NCBI GenBank assembly: GCA_029866005.1
Contig: JARXAE010000027.1
Span: forward strand, 906 to 64,905
Source: Fimbriimonas sp.
GTDB taxonomy: Bacteria > Armatimonadota > Fimbriimonadia > Fimbriimonadales > Fimbriimonadaceae
DNA: 64,000 nt
Reading direction: 5' to 3'
The notes under the pieces were generated by a model. The model was given only the letters and a program-made list of their open reading frames with translations. It made no database searches and was not told where the DNA came from. The translations under genes and the position numbers were made by a program. Shown one piece after another: positions 38,381 through 47,042 of this stretch. Position 1 is the stretch's first letter. Each line of letters opens with the position of its first letter.

Positions 38381-40556
38381 GCACGAAGTTCTTTCGAATC
38401 AAATCGTCTTCACCCACGAAGTGCCTTCTCGGTTACCGGTTTTTGGGGAATGGGGTCGGCTTGACCCTCGACTTCTCGCTACACTGCCTCAAAGACCCTA
38501 TTCTCACCAAGCGGAAGCGGTAGGGGCTGCGCGATCAGGCAAGGATGTTCTTGTCGTGACAGGCACCAACTCGGGCAAATCGCTATGCTTTCAGGTGCCG
38601 GCTTTGGCGGCTTGCATGGAAGAGCCCCTGGCTCGAGCTTTGTTCATCTATCCCACCAAGGCGCTTGCCCAAGATCAGGCTGCGCGGCTCCAGAAGATGG
38701 GGATCGACCTTGGAATCCGGGTTTCAACTTATGACGGTGACACCGCAAAGTCTCACCGATCTTCGATCCGTAACCTGTCGCACATCGTCCTGACGAACCC
38801 CGATATGCTGCATACGGGGATTCTGCCAACACACGCGCATTGGACGAAGTTTCTGAAAGCGCTTAGGGTGATCGCGATAGATGAGCTCCACGCCTATCGG
38901 GGTGTGTTTGGCTCGCATGTTGCGCTGATTTTGCGGCGGTTATTGCGGCTTTGCGCGATGCATCATAACCGACCGCAGATCATTGCGGGGTCGGCGACAA
39001 TCGGGAATCCCGAGGAGCTCTTCGAACGGCTCTGCGGGCGAAAGCCAGTTCTGGTGGATCAGGATGGCTCGCCGTCGGGGAAGCGATCGGTGATCTTTCT
39101 GAATCCTCCTCAGCTGCCTTCGGGAGAGCGGCTGAGCACTAATATCACGACTGCGGAAGTGGTGTCGTCCCTCGTTGAGACGGGTGTCACGACTTTGGCC
39201 TTTAATAGGTCTCGCGTTGCGACGGAGTTGGTTCTTCGCTACACCCGTAAACGGCTCCCTGAGGCACTCCAGGGGCAAGTGGAGAGCTACCGGGCGGGTT
39301 ACACGGCAAGGGAGCGGCGACAGATTGAGCAGGACTTGCTGAAAGGGCGACTGAAGGGCTTGTCGGCCACAAATGCTCTTGAATTGGGGATCGATATTGG
39401 ATCGCTCGACGCAGTCGTGTTGAACGGATATCCCGGATCGGTGGCAAGCTTCTGGCAACAGGCGGGACGAGCAGGGCGAGGTGATCGGGACGGGTTGGCG
39501 ATCTATGTTTCGGGGGATAATCCGCTGGAGCAATATTTGTTGTCGCATCCCGAGCGCATTCTAGATAGTCGGTCCGAGAGTGTTTCGATTCAGCCCTCGA
39601 ATCGGTCAATTCTGTCGGCCCAGTTGCTTTGCGCGGCACACGAGCGGCCTATTTCGCCAGTGGAACTGACGGAGTTCGTTGATGGAGCGCTAGATGTTGC
39701 CGAAAACATGGATCGGGCAGGAGAATTGACATTCTCGGGTGGGCACTTCTATTATCCGGCGTACGATCCTCCGGCATTGAAGGTGAACATTCGAGGGGCA
39801 GGGCGAGACTCCGTCACTTTGCGGGTTGGGCAAGAAGAGATTGGGTCGATGGAGTACGAGCGAGCGCTGTCGCAGGCGCATACGGGGGCGATCTACTTGC
39901 ACCGAGGGGAGCCGTTTGAAGTTTTGTCTTTGAATTTGGAGACGAAGAACGCTGAATTGACAAGATTTACTGGTAACTACTACTCACAAGCTCGTGTCCA
40001 ATCAATGCTTGAGCCGCAAACTGCAATCAAATCCAAATTGGTCTATTATTTGGCAGGATGTCGAGTGACCGATCTCGTAGTTGCATATGCTAAAAAGTCA
40101 TTCGATGGAGACACAGTTTTGGATGTCGTCAATCTTGACCTTCCTGAAGTTTCGTTCGACACAGTTTGTCTTCGCATCGACCTTCCGCCGCTTGATTTGG
40201 ATGATACGTTGGACCGGCAGATCGGCGGGATTCACGGGGTAGAGCACGCGATTCTCGCGCTAGCTCCGCTGTTTGCCGGATGTGACCGTGGCGACATCGG
40301 CTCGGCTTGGTTTACACACTTTGTGGATACGGGTAACCCGGCAGTCTTCCTCTTTGACCGAACCCCGGGTGGAGTGGGGATTGCAGAGTTGCTTTATGAT
40401 CGAGTTGAAGACTTGGTTCAGGCCGCATATGATCAAGTCAAGAACTGCCCCTGCGAGTCAGGATGTCCGAGTTGCTTGCTTCTCGCTGGGTGCGAAGTTG
40501 GCAATGAGCAACTGGATAAGTCCGAGGCGATGAGTTATCTCGCCAAACTGATTTGA
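38367..40556 (+). CDS. DEAD/DEAH helicase with C-terminal DUF1998 (Hrq1/SftH/MrfA family)
   Basis: TGTNSGKS, YPTKALAQDQ, TNPDMLH, IDELH, SAT, YRAGY, ATNALELGIDIG, QQAGRAGR, HGVEHA, CPCESGCPSC. Confidence 0.93.
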   Translation: MTPFEHEVLSNQIVFTHEVPSRLPVFGEWGRLDPRLLATLPQRPYSHQAEAVGAARSGKDVLVVTGTNSGKSLCFQVPALAACMEEPLARALFIYPTKALAQDQAARLQKMGIDLGIRVSTYDGDTAKSHRSSIRNLSHIVLTNPDMLHTGILPTHAHWTKFLKALRVIAIDELHAYRGVFGSHVALILRRLLRLCAMHHNRPQIIAGSATIGNPEELFERLCGRKPVLVDQDGSPSGKRSVIFLNPPQLPSGERLSTNITTAEVVSSLVETGVTTLAFNRSRVATELVLRYTRKRLPEALQGQVESYRAGYTARERRQIEQDLLKGRLKGLSATNALELGIDIGSLDAVVLNGYPGSVASFWQQAGRAGRGDRDGLAIYVSGDNPLEQYLLSHPERILDSRSESVSIQPSNRSILSAQLLCAAHERPISPVELTEFVDGALDVAENMDRAGELTFSGGHFYYPAYDPPALKVNIRGAGRDSVTLRVGQEEIGSMEYERALSQAHTGAIYLHRGEPFEVLSLNLETKNAELTRFTGNYYSQARVQSMLEPQTAIKSKLVYYLAGCRVTDLVVAYAKKSFDGDTVLDVVNLDLPEVSFDTVCLRIDLPPLDLDDTLDRQIGGIHGVEHAILALAPLFAGCDRGDIGSAWFTHFVDTGNPAVFLFDRTPGGVGIAELLYDRVEDLVQAAYDQVKNCPCESGCPSCLLLAGCEVGNEQLDKSEAMSYLAKLI

Positions 40557-41176
40557 ACTGGATACCCAAGCTTGAGGGCGCGAACGGATGTGAGTGGTGT
40601 CAAGAGTTTGACTCGTTCGTTTGAGAATGTTGTTTTGAGTCGTGTCAAGCCGGGCGAGTTGGGGATCACGGTGGACTCGACGTCTTGCTGAATCGACGCG
40701 ACGCGTTCGTAGCCATCAAAGCTCCACCGGTAGAAGCTGCCTTCGTAGACGAGATACGCGGTGAACTGCCAGCCGACCATCGCGCCATTTGGGAGTGAGA
40801 GGGGGTCTTCGATCACTGGGCCGTCGATGAGGCGTTCAGAGCTTAGTTGAGCGTCGAGGGAAGTCACAGTGTTGAAGCCGGTTAGCTCAAGGAATTGTTT
40901 GGCGGAGGGGCGGCGGCACTCCATGCAGGGACGGTGTCCACCGGCAAGAGCGGTGGCTTCGTCCATGAAGAAAAGCTCGGTGTACTTTCCGGGTTGGAAA
41001 AGCGGACGCCTTCGATCTTTGAAGGACAACTCGCAGATGATCCAACGGTCAGTCTTCTGGAGCCACTTAATGTTTCCGTTACGGTCGTGGAGACAACCCC
41101 GGTTACCAAACCATGCTCCACGCTGTGGAACAGCGTGAAGAAGTTTAAACGGGTCAACGCGGTTTTTCAGTGGCAT
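40535..41176 (-). CDS. Conserved hypothetical protein with a Cys cluster (Ada metal-binding-like)
   Basis: GNRGCLHD, WIICEL, YTELFFMDEATALAGGHRPCMECRR. Confidence 0.75.
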   Translation of the reverse strand: MPLKNRVDPFKLLHAVPQRGAWFGNRGCLHDRNGNIKWLQKTDRWIICELSFKDRRRPLFQPGKYTELFFMDEATALAGGHRPCMECRRPSAKQFLELTGFNTVTSLDAQLSSERLIDGPVIEDPLSLPNGAMVGWQFTAYLVYEGSFYRWSFDGYERVASIQQDVESTVIPNSPGLTRLKTTFSNERVKLLTPLTSVRALKLGYPVQISLAR

Positions 41177-41233
41177 TCGATCCCCCCAGCCCTTCTCCTT
41201 TGCACCGTAGTGAAAAGGAGAAGGGCTTCAGAG

Positions 41234-44200
41234 TTACTTCGCAGATTTCAAAAGCTCTACGACGGCTCTTTCGATCTGCAGATCTCGGCCTTCCATCCAG
41301 GCGTTGGGATCGAACCAGACGGTGTGGTCCGGGCGGCGGCCACCGTTTTCAAGGTTCTCACCGTTGACGGCATACGCTCCGATGACTGGCATGCGAATTG
41401 TTCCGCCGTCCCACATGGAGGCGGCTCCGGTTCCGATGACGTAACCTGGAGTGCGTTCGCCAATGATTGGTCCGAGTCGGAGCTTGCGGAAGCCTTCGGT
41501 AATGACTTCGGCGTTGCTAAACGAGAAGGTGTTGCACATCAGTGCAGTTGGGAGCTCCAACGCGTCGCCGCGGTAGATATTCTCCGAGAGCTTCAGACCA
41601 AACTCACCGCGCGTGGTTCTGATGAGCCATGGAGAGCGAATAAGCGTATTCAGCACATCCACCGCAGTTGAACCTCCACCGTTAAAGCGGACGTCAATGA
41701 TGAGCCCCTTTCGGCCCTCGCCCTGGGTGCGAATCTCTCGTAGGAAGCGGTCGAGACTTGGTTTATCCATCGCTTGAATGTGGACATAGCCGAGTTTGCC
41801 TTCGCTGAGCTTTTCGACTCTGGCTCGGGTTTCATTGACATAGTTGTCGTAGTCCAGCGCCGACCGAAGGGCGGAGGAAGAAGGCTTGATCATAACGGTC
41901 TCAAACTTGCCATCTCGTTCGACCCGAAGGGTGACCTTGCGGGATGCCTTCTTATTGAGAAGTTGAGAGAACGAGGATCCGGCGACCTTCTCGCCATCGA
42001 CTTCGACGATCTTGTCGCCGACCTTGAGCATCATTGAGGGATGATCGGCGGGTGAGTTCGCAATGACTTTTCCAACCACAGCCGCTCCATCTCGGGCTAG
42101 GGAGACTGGGTCAAGGTCGATTCCGAGGAATGCAGTCGAGTCGGTACCGGTGCCGGGGTAATCCATGGGAGGGGCAGTTGCACCCAGGTGCGAAGACTCA
42201 AGCTCTTCCATCATCTCGCCCATCATTCGGTAGAAATCAGCGCGGTCGTAGGCGAACGGCACCAAGGCGGCGAACTTGGTTTTGATCGCCTTCCAATTCT
42301 TACCGTTCATCTTTGGGTCATAGTATTGCGAGTCAAGGGTCCACCAGATGTCCTCAAAGAGCGCTCGTTCTTCCGCCTTGGCGTTCACAGTGTAGCTTGC
42401 GCTCATTGCGATGGGGGCGAGGCTCGAAGCTGGCCCAGCGACGTTGATACTCGCCATCGTTCCGGCGTTGAGGACGTACAGCTTTCCTCCGTTAAGGAAA
42501 CCACCTTGGATTCGGACTCCAGGCGTAGCGGTGGCGATGAGAGTGGACGCCGCGCCAGTGGCAGGATTGATCTGAGCCAATCCTGCTTCGGTGAGGGCGA
42601 TGATGGACTTTCCGTCGGCGGCGGGAATTGCTCCGCCGCAGCCGGTGGTAGTCAGTCGTCGGAGTCTAGCCTCGAGGTTCGGTTCGTAGACCTTAACTTC
42701 GACAGTGGGCTTGTCCTTCTTCGTGGTGTCATCAATCTTGTCGAGATCATCCTCGGTAAAGGCGATGTCAGCGGGGATGAGATCAATCACATAGAGATCA
42801 GCTTCGTCGTACTCGGGCGAAATGAAGAAGAGTGATCGACCATTTCCTGTGAACTGAGGGACGCTGACCGAACCACGTTGGGGCCGGTTGACCATTTTTG
42901 CAATGGTCGTTACCTTGCCGCTTTTCACGTCAACGATGGACACCAAGGTGCGCCGACCTTGGATAATGCTGACCGCAAGGTAGGCATTATCCGGCGACCA
43001 ACTGACGAGAGGGGTTCCTTCGTAAGCATCGTTGAAGTTCGCCTTGAGGAGCGTTCGCATCCCTTTGCCTTCGTTGTCAACCAGGCAAAGCTCGGTGGCA
43101 CCTTTATGGAAGGCGACCATTTTGCCGTCGGGAGAGACGACTGGACACATGGTGTCAGTAGCTTCATCAGCAACGAAGTCTCGTGAGACGCCTTCAAGGT
43201 TCACCTGCTTAATGCGACGCCGACCCTTCTCCATGGTCGTATAGAGTCCAGTTTTGGAATCGAGCCAAGTGATTCCGTAGTCGCGGCCAGTGTTGCTGAC
43301 GACTCTGCGGGTGGTTCCGCCTTTCTCCGGGAGGAGGAAAACATCTCCCCTTGCCGCCGCAAGGATTCGTTTTCCGTCGGGGGAGACCGAGAACTCGGAG
43401 ATTCCGCTCGCAACGTTGACTTCTTGGAGTGGGTTCGTGCGGTCATCGGCTGGGACTTCGATTTTCACTTCCTTTGTTTGTCCATCGAGGGTGTCAAGAA
43501 CGCGCAACTCAGATTCGAATTCGTAGGCGATGAAGCGGCCGTCTCGGCTGGACGACGGATTTCGGCTGGATCCGTTCGTGTGTGTGGTTAGCGCCTTGTC
43601 GCCCTTCAGGAGTCGCCAAATGTTCGGCGCTCCACTTCGGTTTGTAACGGCGATGAGGGAGCCATCGGCTTGAGGGATTGGGAACTGGTCGGTATTCTCG
43701 TTGTTGGTCAGCCGTTTGTGGTTGCTAAGCGGAACGGTATTATCGGCGACCCAAATCTCGGGAAGGGCTGAACTGATCATGCCCATCTTTTGCCACGCTG
43801 TCTCCCTGTAGGCGCCTCGGTTGTAGTAGACCTTAGAACCATCTTGCGAAAGGCTCGGGGAGAAGCAAGCTTCGAAGGGGTGGCTTGTCAGGCGTTGAAG
43901 GTCACCACTGGCAACTGGAACTCGGAAAATATCACCACGCGACCAGAGGGAGGTCGATCCGTAGATGAATCGTCCATCTGGTGAAACGGCAGTTGGGAGT
44001 TCCGAGGATGAGTCGAACGTGATCCTTCGCAGGTCGCTTCCGTCTGGCTTCAGAGTGAAGATGTCGGCACTGCCGTAACGTGAGGAGGCGAATGCAAAGC
44101 GCGAGCCATCCGCAAACCAGACGGGTCGGGTATCCGGAGACGAATGGACGGTGAGACGAATAGCTGTTCCCCCGGTTCGAGGTACGGACCAAATATCGCC

Positions 44201-44332
44201 CTGCCATGAAAACAGAATCGTCGAGCCGTCTGGCGAGATGGCCGGGTACTGAATCCTTTTGATCTCCTCGGCCATTGCCGAAGCGGAGACCAGGGCGAGT
44301 GCGCTGAGGGTAATCCTACAAAGTCGCTTCAT
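41234..44332 (-). CDS. Tricorn-like S41 family protease (PD40 propellers, PDZ, catalytic domain)
   Basis: Repeated SPDG propeller blades, PDZ (LGIDL...SPAD...KVGDKI), GYVHI, DVRFNGGG, SFSNAE. Confidence 0.93.
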   Translation of the reverse strand: MKRLCRITLSALALVSASAMAEEIKRIQYPAISPDGSTILFSWQGDIWSVPRTGGTAIRLTVHSSPDTRPVWFADGSRFAFASSRYGSADIFTLKPDGSDLRRITFDSSSELPTAVSPDGRFIYGSTSLWSRGDIFRVPVASGDLQRLTSHPFEACFSPSLSQDGSKVYYNRGAYRETAWQKMGMISSALPEIWVADNTVPLSNHKRLTNNENTDQFPIPQADGSLIAVTNRSGAPNIWRLLKGDKALTTHTNGSSRNPSSSRDGRFIAYEFESELRVLDTLDGQTKEVKIEVPADDRTNPLQEVNVASGISEFSVSPDGKRILAAARGDVFLLPEKGGTTRRVVSNTGRDYGITWLDSKTGLYTTMEKGRRRIKQVNLEGVSRDFVADEATDTMCPVVSPDGKMVAFHKGATELCLVDNEGKGMRTLLKANFNDAYEGTPLVSWSPDNAYLAVSIIQGRRTLVSIVDVKSGKVTTIAKMVNRPQRGSVSVPQFTGNGRSLFFISPEYDEADLYVIDLIPADIAFTEDDLDKIDDTTKKDKPTVEVKVYEPNLEARLRRLTTTGCGGAIPAADGKSIIALTEAGLAQINPATGAASTLIATATPGVRIQGGFLNGGKLYVLNAGTMASINVAGPASSLAPIAMSASYTVNAKAEERALFEDIWWTLDSQYYDPKMNGKNWKAIKTKFAALVPFAYDRADFYRMMGEMMEELESSHLGATAPPMDYPGTGTDSTAFLGIDLDPVSLARDGAAVVGKVIANSPADHPSMMLKVGDKIVEVDGEKVAGSSFSQLLNKKASRKVTLRVERDGKFETVMIKPSSSALRSALDYDNYVNETRARVEKLSEGKLGYVHIQAMDKPSLDRFLREIRTQGEGRKGLIIDVRFNGGGSTAVDVLNTLIRSPWLIRTTRGEFGLKLSENIYRGDALELPTALMCNTFSFSNAEVITEGFRKLRLGPIIGERTPGYVIGTGAASMWDGGTIRMPVIGAYAVNGENLENGGRRPDHTVWFDPNAWMEGRDLQIERAVVELLKSAK

Positions 44333-44357
44333 GCTCCAAGTTTAGCCGAAGGCAAAT

Positions 44358-44390
44358 AGAAAAGGGGGCGAACCCCTAGGTTCGCCCCCC
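44358..44390 (-). terminator. Intrinsic terminator after the SLH-porin gene
   Basis: GGGGGCGAACC / GGTTCGCCCCC stem with a flanking A run. Confidence 0.85.
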
Positions 44391-44411
44391 ATCCTTTTTC
44401 CTTATTCTAGT

Positions 44412-46319
44412 TTAGAAATTTACTGAGAACTGAGCTCCGATGAAGGAACCCTTGGACTGTCCAGCAAGGTTGGTGGACAAGTTAGGAGTCGTTTGGACGT
44501 CGCCAACTTGGTACCACAACTTGAACATTGTGCTTGCACCCATGTCGTAGCCGAAGCCAAGAGTGGTGTACTTGAACGAGTCGTTGTTGTAGAAACCGTT
44601 CTTGAACTTCGTATCTTCGTAAGAAGCCATGAGAGTCCAGTTCGAGTTGATCTTGAAGTTCGCACCGAAGGTGGACGACTCGACTGCACGGTTACCAGCA
44701 CCGCTCACCCGATCAAGGTTTGCAACTGCTCCGCTGAGGCTAAGGTTGTCCGAAACCTTGATTCCAAGGTTGAAGTCAACACCCTTAACGTCGTTGACGT
44801 TTCGGTAGAAGCCGAATCGTCCCCAATCGCCAGGAGCCTGGTAGTTAGCTTCGATGTTTCGGTAGTTTACGCCGAGATCGAATGAACCAGCGTTGTACTT
44901 CAGACCGTAATTCTGTCGCTGATTGTTTCCGTTGCTGTTGTCGGTCTTGTTGTTCTTGAAGGAACTCTTACCAACTCCACCCATGACTGAGAGGTTGCCA
45001 CCGAGTTTGTAGTCCAGGTCGATGCCGTAGACTTCATTTCGGTTGTAAAGAGCACCAGCAGTTGTTCCGTTGACACCTGGTGTTCCAGCAATTGCTGTGT
45101 TACCGTCGAATGTAGCGAGAGCTGCGGTGATTCCACCATTGTCGCCAAGACCGAACTTCAGGACTGCGCCCATTGCTCGTGCAACGTTCAGAGAGTTTGC
45201 ACCAGGCTGACCAAACTCTTCAGCACCGATGGTGATTCCCTGAACTTGGGTTCCACCGAGGTTTGCACCACCGATGTTACCAAGGAACAGACCAAGCTTG
45301 GTGTTGCCACCGAAGCTGAAACCAGCAGTGATACCATCAAGAGCGAATTCGCCGTTGTCGTATCGCTCGTTCTCGAAGAACGAAGTGGTGTCGAGTCGAT
45401 GCATGACGTAAGGGCTGATCTTAACGCCTTGTCGACCGATCTTTGCATCGAAGTTCATTCCGACCAAGCTGTCGCTGAGGTTGGCGTAGAGTTCGTGCAG
45501 GTAGATGTTGGTCGGACCATTCTGTCCGTATGCACGACCTGCGTTTCCTGCGGTTCTCGACTGATCGATGAATCCACCGCCAGCACCGAGCATGTTGCCA
45601 ACAACCAGGGTTGCCTTAGCAGTGTCGGTCTTCAGGGTGAGAGCGAGCTCGTGGTTGACGCCGAGGGTATCGATGCCAGCACCGGTAGCCGATCCGCCAG
45701 CAACTCGGTTGTCCTGGTTGAGCAGTGCGTTACCAGCTGAACCCTTGGATCCTGCGGAGACGAAGAAGTTGACGTCGCCACTGATGGTGACGTTGGGCTT
45801 CTTGTTCTCAAGAGCCTTGACGCGAGCGTCCATGTCCTTGATGTCCTTCTTCATTGCTTCGACGTCGACTCCGAGTGAGCTGAGCTCTTTCTCGTAGCTG
45901 GAAGCCATCTTCTTGAGCTGGCTGACATCGCTGCCCCATGCCTTCATGGAAGCCACGTCGCTCTGGAGAGCCTTGAGGGCTGCCATGGTCGTGGTATCGC
46001 TGTTTCCGCCGGCCGCTGGCTTCATCGCGTTGACTCGAGCTTCAAGAGCTTCGATCTGCGAATTGAGGCCGTCGGTGACGTTCTTCATGTTCTGGTAGAT
46101 CGCGTAGAGAAGGGTTGCCATCTCGTAGCGGGTGATGTTCTTCTTACCATCGAAGTTACCGTTTGGATAACCGGTGATAATGCCTTCCTTCTTCAGTCGG
46201 GTGACTGCTTCGTAGGCCCAGTGGGTATCAGCGACGTCTGGGAATCCTTGTGCGAACGCTGGGGTTACCATTGCGACGCCGAGAACTGCCGAGAGTGCGT
46301 ACTTGAACGTTTTGTTCAT
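44412..46319 (-). CDS. SLH-domain + coiled-coil + beta-barrel outer-membrane protein (OmpM/SlpA/SomA-like)
   Basis: FPDVADTHWAYEAV...GIITGYPNGNFDGKKNITRYEMA (SLH); heptad stalk; barrel from VTISGD to terminal GAQFSVNF; strongly biased codon use. Confidence 0.9.
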   Translation of the reverse strand: MNKTFKYALSAVLGVAMVTPAFAQGFPDVADTHWAYEAVTRLKKEGIITGYPNGNFDGKKNITRYEMATLLYAIYQNMKNVTDGLNSQIEALEARVNAMKPAAGGNSDTTTMAALKALQSDVASMKAWGSDVSQLKKMASSYEKELSSLGVDVEAMKKDIKDMDARVKALENKKPNVTISGDVNFFVSAGSKGSAGNALLNQDNRVAGGSATGAGIDTLGVNHELALTLKTDTAKATLVVGNMLGAGGGFIDQSRTAGNAGRAYGQNGPTNIYLHELYANLSDSLVGMNFDAKIGRQGVKISPYVMHRLDTTSFFENERYDNGEFALDGITAGFSFGGNTKLGLFLGNIGGANLGGTQVQGITIGAEEFGQPGANSLNVARAMGAVLKFGLGDNGGITAALATFDGNTAIAGTPGVNGTTAGALYNRNEVYGIDLDYKLGGNLSVMGGVGKSSFKNNKTDNSNGNNQRQNYGLKYNAGSFDLGVNYRNIEANYQAPGDWGRFGFYRNVNDVKGVDFNLGIKVSDNLSLSGAVANLDRVSGAGNRAVESSTFGANFKINSNWTLMASYEDTKFKNGFYNNDSFKYTTLGFGYDMGASTMFKLWYQVGDVQTTPNLSTNLAGQSKGSFIGAQFSVNF

Positions 46320-46488
46320 GTTTCTTCTTGTTTCTCCGTTTTAGATTTTCGACACATTCTGCATTCTCTGCAGATCTAATCGGAGCCGGCTCTCACACTT
46401 TCCTATGTTCCTTGTGAGTTCCAAGCTGTTCAACTTCAATCTGCTCGGTGCGCTTCCTGCGTCTGTTGACTCGGAATGAGTCAATTTC

Positions 46489-46517
46489 ATTATCGCATAC
46501 GCATTGTGGTAATGCAA
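46489..46517 (-). promoter_or_regulatory. Sigma70-type promoter of the SLH-porin gene
   Basis: TTGCAT-N17-GATAAT with TG extension on the minus strand. Confidence 0.65.
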
Positions 46518-46543
46518 GAGTTTGCAGGTTTTTGTCGGTTCTT

Positions 46544-46572
46544 TTGACATTTCTGGTGCGTCCGAATACAAT
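46544..46572 (+). promoter_or_regulatory. Near-consensus sigma70 promoter of the DinB-family gene
   Basis: TTGACA (46544-46549), N17, TACAAT (46567-46572). Confidence 0.8.
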
Positions 46573-46581
46573 TCTTTTGCT

Positions 46582-47034
46582 TTGAATGACGCTATCGTTC
46601 AGTCCTGGGAGATCAATTCCAGGCTCAACTTGTACCTCTTGGAGGCTGTTCCCGATGACCAACTGGGTATCAAGCTCGAGAAAGGTAAGACTGTCGCGGG
46701 GAATTTTGCCCATATTCACAATGTTCGCAGAATGTGGGTTAAGTCAGCGGCGGTTGACCTTTACGATGGGATTTTCAAGCTAGAAGATCCTTCTCGATAA
46801 GAACTCTTTGATGCGCTGCCCCTGTCGACGGAGGCCCTCAGTGAGATCTTTCGTCGAGCGGAAACTCCCGAAGGCAGAGTGAAAGGGTTTAAGCCTCATG
46901 CATCAGCCTTTCTGGGTTACACGGTTTCTCATGAGGCTTTTCATCGAACATGCATCGAAGTGGCCTTGAGGCAGGCGGGGCACCCGCTGTCGGATAAAGT
47001 TGCGTACGGACTATGGGAGTGGGGTGTAAGATAG
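46582..47034 (+). pseudogene. DinB/YfiT-family gene interrupted by an in-frame TAA at 46798-46800
   Basis: 5' half WEINSRLNLYLLEAV...FAHIHNVRRMW continues in the same frame after TAA as ELFDAL...VKGFKPH...SHEAFHR...LRQAGHPLSDKVAYGLWEWGVR*. Confidence 0.85.
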
Positions 47035-47042
47035 TGCCAACC

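Noticed and set aside
38367-40556. DUF1998 helicase as part of a DISARM or Druantia-type defence system
   Set aside because: No methylase, phospholipase D, SNF2 or other defence genes nearby. It is a single-chain Hrq1/MrfA-type protein overlapping tatC in a housekeeping context.
46341-46800. Minus-strand ORFs 46341-46571 and 46393-46719 as genes
   Set aside because: They overlap two clear promoters and the plus-strand DinB reading frame, and have no protein-like motifs.
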